64,000 nucleotides of DNA from Phoronis australis (lineage: Eukaryota; Animalia; Phoronida), in assembly GCA_002633005.1 (NCBI GenBank), contig NMRA01000144.1, forward strand, positions 778,485 to 842,484, written 5' to 3'. Each line of letters begins with the position of its first letter. The stretch's first letter is position 1. The position numbers were made by a program, and so were the translations under genes. This document shows, one piece after another, positions 1 to 9,846 of this stretch. The notes under the pieces were generated by a model. It ran no database searches. It was not told the DNA's origin and was given only the letters and a program-made list of their open reading frames with translations.

Positions 1-641
1 GTGGACTCGCTCACTAAATACGAGTGCACTGAGCGTGAGAAGAGCTTTGAAAAGAGGATTAAGTTAGGTGACCAATGAGTCTACAAGAAATCATTAACGG
101 TCATCTGTGGCCATCTGTACAATTATACATTAGAGAGTTTATTAATTTAGGCAACATGTGTGAAAACAGAAAGTTAACGAGCCTGCAGTAAAAGGACCCC
201 ACACAATGGACAAGGTTGGGTGAGCCAATAAATGATTAATCTGGATTGTGAACACTAATAGAATAACTGATAATACCGACACCAAGAAAATTGCACATTA
301 ACAGAAACAAAAGATTGAGTGAATCCTCAGACAGCAGCATGCGCGCACCCACCTTCAATATCGGGGGCTTGAATTCCTGACGTTGTGGACCTTTTGGTAA
401 CAAAACAGCGGGGCAGACTAAAAAACGGAAGCACCACTGTGAACACTGTGAATTGCGCGTTTTCGCTTGTTTAGTGGACTTTTGTCTCATTTTTCTCGGT
501 CTTTTTGTCTCTCAGAGGCGGACTTTTTTTGCCCACTTCACCAAATGGATTGGCTCATTCGAGGCCCCCGAGCCCCCCCAGGTACGCGCTTGAGCAGTAC
601 ATTACGCTATTTGATAGTGATAGACCGACCAGAGTAGACAG

Positions 642-774
642 TGTGGTGCCACCTATCAGTTATGATTTGTTTAATCACTGTAGTTTAGTCTCGTTTTTCA
701 ATTATACCAACATCAAGTGTCTGCTTCAATATAGTATTTAATTCGCTTATAATTGTGTGTTTCTGATTCCTACA
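642..774 (+). repeat. 5' LTR (133 bp)
   Basis: TGTGGTGCCACC...GATTCCTACA, repeated at 2505-2640. Confidence 0.95.
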
Positions 775-803
775 TTGGTGACCTCGAACAGTGAACACTT
801 ACA

Positions 804-1641
804 ATGGCTGAGGGACATAGTGATACAAAGCTTGTTACTGACCTCGCCTCAACTCTCCAGACGCTTGCACTGCAAACAACTCAAGTAAACGCAGTATCCA
901 TCAAGTTGCCGGAATTTTGGACAAAATCGCCCGAAGTTTGGTTTGCCAAAGTCGAGGCTCAGTTTGGAACCAAATGGGTTGTACAAGACCAGACAAAATA
1001 TGATCATATGGTGAGTGCTCTTGATGTCACACAGCCAACAAAGTTCAGGACAGTTCCAACCACCACTCACAAACAACTAAAAAGCATTGAAGTCCAAGCT
1101 CATCAACGCTTTTGGAAAGTCCCAGGCGCAGAAGGACTCTGAGCTTTTTAACCTCAATGGCCTGGGTGACAAACGTCACACCACTCTGATGAGACGTATC
1201 AACGCTCTCAATGATGACCCCCAAAGTTTAAAACGTGCTTTGTTCCTAACGAACCTGCCTCAGCTGACGTTCGCAGTATCCTGGTGGGCCACAGCATTAC
1301 TAGCATAGAGGACCTAGCTACGACCGCGGACCGTACCTGGCAGGCACGTACTGCCGGTGTGCAACAAGTCTTTATGCCTACCGCCAATCAACGTTTTTGG
1401 TTTTTATGATGACAACGCCAAGTCCACGTCCGCTTCGGTGGACATGGTTTCTGCCGATAAGCGCTTCCGACACCAATACCATCCCCAGCACGGTGACGTC
1501 AGCCCCCTTATGGGTTTGTCCACCATATGCTTCTACCATATGAAGTTTGGACCCGAGGCTCGTCGATGCCAGCCTGGCTGCAAGTTTGCGTCACTGATAT
1601 CCAAGACAAACAACCAGGGAAACGCCACAGCCGGCCGTTGA
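804..1641 (+). pseudogene. gag, frameshifted
   Basis: VSIKLPEFWTKSPEVWFAKVEAQF N-terminus and C-terminal CFYHMKFGPEARRCQPGC (CHCC knuckle typical of CsRn1 gag); split over ORFs 804-1142, 1087-1308 and 1357-1641. Confidence 0.85.
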
Positions 1642-1679
1642 ACGTGGTAGTGGCCGGCGTTTCCACCTCCAACACGTTC
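1617..1679 (+). promoter_or_regulatory. -1 programmed ribosomal frameshift signal (G GGA AAC plus H-type pseudoknot)
   Basis: Slippery heptamer 1617-1623 in the gag frame, with pol in the -1 frame. 6-nt spacer. Stem 1 GCCGGCC 1630-1636 / GGCCGGC 1652-1658. Stem 2 GAACGTG 1640-1646 / CACGTTC 1673-1679. Confidence 0.8.
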
Positions 1680-2483
1680 TCCATTGTTGAACAACACACT
1701 GGTAGATACTTTTTAATTGACACCGGCGCCGACGTTTCTGTTTATCCTGCCTCTACAACTCACACCACAACTGCATACCACCCACAGGCGAATGGCATGA
1801 TAGAACGTTTTCACCGCGAACTAAAGGCGTCTCTCAAGGCACGCACTACCAGCCCGCACTGGTTTGCAGAACTGCCACTGGTCTTGCTAGGGATACGTTC
1901 GTCCTGGCGAGTGGATCCCGGCTGTTCTCCCGCTGAGCTTGTGTATGGGTCACCTCTCCACTTACCAGGCGAGTTTCTTCAACCGCTCGAAGCTCGTACG
2001 TCAATTTTCCTAAAGCCTCTACAACACACCATGCGTACTGTGCAGCCCGTGCCTCCCTATTTCCATGGCGGTCGCCCCAGTTATATACCCTCCAACTTGG
2101 CGTCTACAGGGTATGTGTATGTGCGCCACGATGCTTACCGTCATCTGCTCCAGCACCCCTACGATGGCCCGTATAGCATACTCAACACAAATGACAAATT
2201 CTACACTCTTGACCTTAAGGGTCGCGAGCAGACGGTTTCTGTAGATTGTCTCAAAGCCGCTTATGTCACCCAGTTCACGACCTCAGATGACACCTTCACA
2301 CGTCCCGATGCCTCTACGCCATTAGTGCTCCCCTCGGTGGCAGCTCCCCTTGACTTCACCCACCGACCTGTGCTATCAACGTCTGTTGCTGCCGATCAAC
2401 CTTCTAAAGTTACTCGTTCTGATCTCGTTTCCCGCTTGACCGTGCGTTTTCGTGATTCACCACCCACTTCGGATTTGCCTTAG
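1617..2483 (+). pseudogene. Truncated pol: protease N-half fused in frame to integrase C-half
   Basis: FLIDTGADVSV (aspartic protease active site) is followed within about 10 codons by TTAYHPQANGMIERFHRELK (integrase) and PYDGPY...VSVDCLK. No RT or RNase H. Confidence 0.9.
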
Positions 2484-2504
2484 TCCTCCGCTTGGAGGGG
2501 GTAC

Positions 2505-2640
2505 TGTGGTGCCACCTATCAGTTATAATGATTTGTTAAATCACTGTAGTTTAGTCTCGTTTTTCAATTATACCAACATCAAGTGTCTGCTTCAATATAG
2601 TATTTTATTCGCTTATAATTGTGTGTTTCTGATTCCTACA
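2505..2640 (+). repeat. 3' LTR (136 bp)
   Basis: Direct repeat of 642-774, preceded by the PPT and followed by TSD ACAG. Confidence 0.95.
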
Positions 2641-3979
2641 ACAGGCTATAAAATCGGGTTGGTCCAAATTCCTATGGAAACCATAATTTTTATTCCTTCC
2701 CAGAATCCCCCAGTGCTACCATGAGATACGGACATGTGCGGATGAGTCATTTCATGGACATTCTTAGTCACGGGAGGACGTTTTTCTTATCCCGTGAGTC
2801 TATGCACTAATTCTTGCGTTTATATTCACTTTTCTGCAAAACTCTTTACTAGTGAATGTTACTTAGTATTTTTCTGGAATACATGGATTACGTCAGTACT
2901 GACTTTGTTGTTGATCCGGTTGTTTTTCATTGCTTCTGGGGGAAACGGCCGCTGTTAAGTTGCCGATCGGGTTATTCACCACTTCTACGTGAAATGTTTG
3001 CTATCTACATCTTACGAGGCTTTTGCTTCTCAGCGTTTTGCTGGGATTTTGTATTTCACAGAACTGATTTTCTCCACTTCTACTGAGTTTTGTTCACTGA
3101 GTCTTTGCTTGTCTTCCGCTCCAAAGTGTGTGTTTCATGCCAAGTTTGGACCAGGAGACCGATGACTCATGCCTTCCTGGCTTTGTTCGCTGATACAGCT
3201 ATACATTTCTGTACTTAGACAACAGCCCGCAAAATTGTTACATAAGCACCTGATTTCCTGGCCGTACTTTGACACCTGCATTCTTACGTAATACACATGC
3301 GGTACTGGGTGACCTCACTTCATTCTTGACAAACAACTTTCACCGTCGTGCCCAGGCTTTCAGCCAATCACCATCCAGTACAACCTGTCACTCTTTTGAC
3401 GTATTGGTAACGCCTCACACATTTCAGCCAATTAGAAATCAGCGCGTCTTTTTCACGCTCGTGATCAGTTCAGCCAGAGTCTCTGTATTGTGAATACTTC
3501 TGACAATGCCATCTGAGAAGAGTGACAGAACAGACTTCCTCTTTTGACAAGGAGGTTAAAATCCATGGTCGCAAAACCGACAAAGGTGACACTGCCTCTT
3601 GTAGCTACGCTAACCAAATCTTCAACAGCGAGCGTAACCTAGGGTCCGAATCCTCCGCCGTCGCCGACTGACCTACGGCCGCAAGCTACCGCTTCTGCTT
3701 TGCCTCTAGCTTCGTCGCCCGCGCTGGCCACTTCTGGGTCTCATGCACAAGATGTCACGTCGTCTTACAGCCATTTGCCGCCGATGATCTGGCCGTTTTA
3801 TGCTCCACCTCCACAGCACTTCAGCGGCTACCATTACTGGGCCTTGGCATAAGGACCGGTGCTGTATCCCGGACCAGTTTATTCCGACGTCTCTGACTAA
3901 GAGTCTGACGAAGCCGACAGTTCGCCGCCAACCGACCAGACCAGGGCCCATTGCCGCACCGCCCTTCGAGAGTCTCCTG

Positions 3980-4245
3980 GCCTCTCACATTGCCGACACT
4001 CAGGAGATACAAGTGCCGGCCATGGCGGGATCAGTTGCGTCACTGATCAACAGCCCCTGGGAGATTGGGCGCACAATTGACATCAAAGCCTCCCACGATA
4101 AGCATCCAAGGCCAGAGAACTTAAAAGTCTGCAAGACCAATTTAAATGAGATTGCTGAAATTTTGAGCCATTGCTGGGATGCTCGCCTAAAAGAAAGACT
4201 GTTATGATCGGTGCAAGCAGCAATGGCACATGCAGTTGTGCCACT
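3980..4245 (+). mobile_element. Degenerate DIRS-like retroelement ORF1/gag fragment
   Basis: ASLINSPW...HDKHPRPENLKVCKTNLNEI...*SVQAAMAHAVVP resembles the RPEN..vN.EI..Q pattern of invertebrate DIRS ORF1; in-frame stop. Recognised by motif only. Confidence 0.45.
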
Positions 4246-4253
4246 AGAAGACA

Positions 4254-4500
4254 TTGGACATTGTTGACCAACTTGTCAATGGCTTTTCTAATAGAAAACA
4301 CAAGTCAGGAAGACAATCTAGTGCTGAGGCTGCAGGTGATGAAGGAAACATGTCTAAGCACAAAATCGTCAAAATCAATGGGAGGAAGGTCTGTCGGGAG
4401 TGCTGTTGCACTGGCCGAACAACCGCTTCAGGACTGAAGATTCAAATGTGAATTTCGTGATATATATCTTTGCACGCTTGGTAGCGACAAATTTTTTCAG
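4254..4500 (+). mobile_element. piggyBac-like transposase C-terminal relic
   Basis: DIVDQLVNGFSNRK...HKIVKINGRKVCRECCCTGRTTASGLKIQ resembles the PGBD C-terminal Cys-rich region, then degenerates. Confidence 0.45.
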
Positions 4501-7500
4501 AGCATTTTTAACTTGTTAAAGTAAGCATGTAACTGCTCTGAAAGTGTTATTCAGGTCACCACCCATGTGCACACCTGCAATTTTACCTGTTGATTGGAAA
4601 AAGAGCTGAAGCCAGAAGGAATGCAAAATTACAGTCGCTTGTTTTTTATTGGGAGATTTTTTACAATACGCTGATTTGTCTCTTATGATTAGAGTATTTT
4701 AAAATTGTTACATGCATAATTATTTTCTTTTATTTTCTCACCTTTAGGTAAAGATGTGAGATTTGCTGAAACTGGTATTGATAATTAAGCATGTAGTAAC
4801 CTTTTTTGAAATAGTCTAAATCACAATTAGGTACAACCGATTTCAACAGCAATTGGTGATTTGACCGTAGCGAACTTTTCTGACACTATTTGTCTTCAAA
4901 TTTATTTCTTGTCTCTAGCTCAAACAGCATCCACACGATGAGGTTGGCTGTGTAAATATGCCAGATGATGACAACTGTGGAAACATGCAAGATGACTGGT
5001 AATATGCGATACTAGGGTTTTTGAATACATCAAACAGTTCGCGAATGAGAACGCCGTAAGGTCACTGATTCAGCATCGTGAAACAGAGTATGATGTGATG
5101 GAGATAAAAGATTGGATGGTAGTGCGGTCTTTGTTCATTTCAAATGACCAAATACAGTCCAGGCAAAATGTGGAAGCAGTGTTTGCCAGAGGCCGTTTTA
5201 GTGGTTACCACATACTTTACATGTACTCTGATTGAAATATAATGCTTAGTTACTAAGAAAGACAGCCATCTCATTCCTTCATGAGGTTTGAGCAGAGTTA
5301 GTAAAACAGATCAACAAAGTCACCTGTATTTTACAACACTATCAAGACTCACTGGCTATGAATTTGAGTCCAGAGTAAAAATGAGTTATCTGCACTCATT
5401 TCAACAAACGCTTGTTTGACAAAGGCAAGAACTGTAAAATTTTCATCGGATCATCGACATTGTTCTTTTTGGATCTCTAGTCAAGGCTATCTAGGAGTGC
5501 ATTCCATCCAACAATAATCATTCAAATATATTTTTCTTCCCTAAAGTAAATACTGGTTTTTTAAAGCCGTAAAATCAAAATGTAATCTTCCATGACAAGA
5601 GGTTACAGTTTGGAGTGACTTCAATGCCAATAGGGATTTTCACTGTCTGGCAAACAAACACTCTTCTTACTTGGGGTTGTTGTCAGGGTTTTTATACTGA
5701 AATTATTTTCTAAACATTATCAAATATTTAGTTATACTATTTTTGTGTTCATGGCAAAAAGGATCACACACTGCAGTGCAAGAAGGCCTGCTGCGTACTT
5801 CTGCCGAGTCAGAAAGGAGTCAACCCAGGGCATGTTGGAGTTTGAAGAGAAGCAGTTAAAATTAAGCTTGACATGGAAGAGCATCGGAGAGAGGCCGAGA
5901 GAAAGCATGAGAAAATAATGATACAAATGACGATGATGCAATGCCCTCCCGTACAGCCGTCTCCTCCCCTCCAACCAACACCCTCCCACCATTCAATTGC
6001 CTTCCCCCTCCCACAGCCTCTTCCCCTTCAACCGACACCTCCCCTTCCACAGCCTCCTCCTTTTCAACAGCCACTTTCCTTTCAACAGATACCTTCCACT
6101 CAAGTCCTAGCAATTGCAATATTACAGTAACTTTGCATTTCTTTCACACAGCAGAGAATTATACAATAGTCTTTTGTATATGTAATTACATTAGCCCAGT
6201 TAGGTTGAAGAAAAATATATATTCTTACGCACATGAATATCAATATTTCACAATGCATTTTTAGTCTTGTATTAAAATTAGCTTATTTAAGTAAAAGTGA
6301 TCACACATTGATGAAATCCATTTTAAAAAACATTGTTTTTACATATACAAGTAACTATTAACCGCACTACTGCTGCACTGTATTTGCTCTTATTCCAAGA
6401 TGATTGGAGACGTCAACATAAATAAAGTCAAGGACACCAGTCTCGGTATTTATTGAATGAATTCTTGGATAGCTCAAGACATACATTTCTTACAAAAGTA
6501 ACATTTATAGGCATTGTATTAGCAACAACCATCAAGCCAATTCAGTTAGTATTATTTGTAAAGAACGTGCTAAGGAATTACTGTATATTAAGGAGTCACT
6601 GGCCTTCAGGATCAGCATGCTACTGATTCTCTCAATAACATGCAGACCTCAGTGACCCTGCAACTATGGTGATGACCCGCTTACTTTCCCTGTATCTCTA
6701 ACTCTCATTTCACCACATGGATGTGACTTGAATGGTTATCAACACTTGTTGTCCATCTGTATATATCCTGATGATGTCTTGTTGGATAGACGAAACGTCA
6801 AGTTAACATGAACTTCTTTATTTGTGCGGCAATTATCCGTTTTCTAATCGTACTTCGGTAAAAAATGATGTGATTTACATTTCCTTATATACTGGTAAAA
6901 TCAAGGAATTAGTATGATGCATTGCCTACAAAAAATGTAATAATTTCTTTCTGAACACGGAAACAGTTTTGAAAATTATACTGTTACCAAACCGGCTGTG
7001 GCAAAGCTGTCGTGTGCATTTAATACACTAGTTTTTACTACTTTAAGCGTTCCAATGATAAATTGAATGGCCAAGGATAACTGGCTTGCATTCATTGGGA
7101 GTGCTAAAACTTCAGGCCTCCCAACGCTGAATATTTCCCTATTTTCTGGAGGTACTGTTGTCGTCATCCCTCACAATTCGTGTGTAACATTTGGTGCCGA
7201 AACCTGGGATGCCTGGGATTTAGTTGTCAGCTCTCTCCAGAACGGAAGAGGTGAAAAAGAGGCGGAAGTCAGCCAAAATTTGGAGTTTGCGTGCGGCGAA
7301 TAACTTGACAAAAGCGCTGGACAAAACCTACCAGGATCGGGAATTAGAACTCTCATCAGTGACTTGTGCAACAAATTGTCTGTTTTGGATTTAAAACCGG
7401 AGGAAGTTGAATCCCTCGTGGATGAGGATGCGTTGGAAGCCAAAATTCAATCAGCTGGTGTTCACAGGGACTTCATTTTGTCGGTTTTCACAAAGGGAAA

Positions 7501-8609
7501 TAAATTTATGCAACAGCCAATAGATGGGAGTCCGTAACAGATATTCTTACTTTTCCTACTTTATGTCAAGAGTACTTGATGAGTGAATTGCTTTTATCTA
7601 AAAATGAAGAAGCATCTAGTTATCAAAACTAAAATCCTTCAGTCATAAAAATGGAAAGAAGGTGGAGATTGCCAAGAATCATTTGGAAAAATTTTGTTTT
7701 AATGGTGCCCAGTACCCAGGCATATCATTAACTGATTAATCCCTGTTACATGGGTAAATGTTATTCACAAGTCGTCTATTCCCAAATATCTTGCAACACG
7801 CCTAGAGAATGACCGAAATGTGACATTAAGTGACATATTTGAGGAAAGAATTGAACGCAGAACCCACTGCCTTAGTTAAGCATCCAAAATAGAACTAAAA
7901 TCAGACAGAATTTCAATTTAGAGAATTTACTTATATGCTGTAAGAGGGGACTCAATAGTAATTCTTCATTTTGGCCACCACAAACAGGGTGAACTGAGGG
8001 AAAGCAGTTACTTTTCTACAAAATATGAAACATATGCAGCGCTACTGATCACACATAAAGTTCATGAAGATCCATCAAAGAACTTGGTAGATATTGGGCA
8101 GTGGGCCAAAAATACAATTGTCACTAGAGGGCACATGCACTGCATGAAATGCAAATGTACAGTCAGTAGTCACGGGAATAGAAATTTGTCCAATAAACAA
8201 TCCACCATAAAGACTGGTCAAGTTTTATGGAACAGTAGATGCTTCAGCTCCATTGGGTGCAAGAATCCGGCAAGCCAATGAAGACCAGCAAGGCATGGGA
8301 AAGGAACAGAAACCACATAACAAAGGCACGTGTAGTCAAGTCTGGTCTCTAGAATTACATGGAACAATCAAGCATATTAAACAATAGGCGACTTGGTTAT
8401 GCACCTTTTTCATCAACATGTATGTAGCCCCAACAACCTTTTGCAGTCTCCTGCTAAATCATAGATAAAGAAAATAACCTGCCAGTCAAGGTTATGGAAC
8501 CACTGGCACGGAAAGCAACAAGGTGACTAGGGGTCATGACGATATGACAGTGTCAGCACTACTTATTGGAGTAATTCATAGAGAAAAACAGTAAAAAAAC
8601 TTCCTTGAT

Positions 8610-9092
8610 CAGGGCTTGGAATGACCAATGACAAAAAACGCGGAAAATTTTACGGCCCAAAACATGCGTGCTACCCAATAGTCGATGTGAACCTTTTGGC
8701 AAAAAAAATCGGTTAGACTGAAAAAAAAAAACATTACCAACAGTAGCATGCGTCTGCGTCTTTTTATCTCGTCCATCCACTCCTCCACCCCCACACATTT
8801 TTGGCTCCAGAGACGCAGTATTTGTCACCGCGGTTTACAATCACACGAGACGCCACCACCACGCTATCCCAGATGCCCCGGCAATGTTGACAATTTACGT
8901 TCCTCCGAAACATAAAGAGCAACTTCCGCTTTTCGAGGTGAACGTCGTCGGCAACGCCGCGGTAAGAAAGGAATTTGCCGCGGAAATTTTATATCAAATC
9001 CGATTTTTTTACGCGGAAATATAATAAAATGCGCGGACAGAACATTTGAAAAAAGCGGAAATCCGCGTTTCCGCGGAAAATTCCAAGCCCTG
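8610..9092. mobile_element. Non-autonomous hAT-like MITE with 6-bp TSD
   Basis: 13-bp perfect TIR CAGGGCTTGGAAT / ATTCCAAGCCCTG. CTTGAT duplicated at 8604-8609 and 9093-9098. Many subterminal CGCGGA repeats. Confidence 0.85.
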
Positions 9093-9772
9093 CTTGATAT
9101 TGAGGCAACCACATCATAGATGACGAATAATGTTAGATACTTAAAGCTCAATTCCACTCAGACATAATTATGTGTGGGCAATGACAATTTGAGCCACTTT
9201 ACTTTAAATATAATACCACTACGCAAGAGTGAAAATCCATTAACTTAATTAAATTATGCATAGGGAAAATCATTCACTGGCAAATGAAGCAAAAGTAAAA
9301 TTCCTAAAAGTCGAATGTGGAAGTCAGGTCTTCAGAAAACTTGGATAAAGCACACCGATAGTTCTACTTCAAGCACTCTGCCTTTCATAGACTCCGATAA
9401 AAACTCTCAATCCACTGGGAACTAACAGCAATATGCGACTTCATACTCCAATGCCTGGATCACTGATGTAAGGCCAGGGCTGCAGACTGACGCAGCTAAT
9501 AATACTATCATAAAACTGAAAGCACTTAGCCACTTACCCAGTTATAAGACTTTAATTTTTAGGAATTAGTGAAAACGCTTATACAATGAACATGATTAAC
9601 AATATTTACCCAGAATGGGAATCAATTCATACACTACATATCAATGATACAAGTGAGATTGAAACCTTAACGGGCCATAAGTGTAGTCGTGGTCATCTCT
9701 TCATCTGACTCGGAGTTGAGACGTAATCACAAATACTAAGAAAATACCAGAAAGCTCAGAAATTCCAGGTCT

Positions 9773-9846
9773 TCATGTATTCTTGATGCCCAACACTTCT
9801 GCAACCTTCCCCACTATGGTCGATACATCAGCCATGGCACCACAAC
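9773..9846 (-). CDS. PPCDC: PPCDC coding exon 5
   Basis: cag acceptor, phase 1; (G)CGAMADVSTIVGKVAEVLGIKNT*. Confidence 0.92.

Larger units (their letters stand above)
642..2640 (+). mobile_element. Non-autonomous Ty3/Gypsy LTR retrotransposon (CsRn1-like), RT/RNase H deleted
   Basis: TG...CA LTRs at 642-774 and 2505-2640 differ by about 2 substitutions and one 3-bp indel. 4-bp TSD ACAG at 638-641 and 2641-2644. PBS TGGTGACCTCG at 776 is tRNA-Trp-like. Polypurine tract GGAGGGGG at 2494-2501. Confidence 0.95.

Noticed and set aside
5760-6130. Coiled-coil plus Pro/Gln-rich ORFs (EEHRREAERKHEKIMIQM...)
   Set aside because: Resembles a decayed Harbinger Myb/SANT-partner tail, but there is no diagnostic domain, TIR or splice chain; low complexity explains ORFs in several frames.
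6720-8040. Possible LINE relics (IYTDG on minus near 6760; KYLA..LE near 7790)
   Set aside because: Too short and degenerate to support a call.
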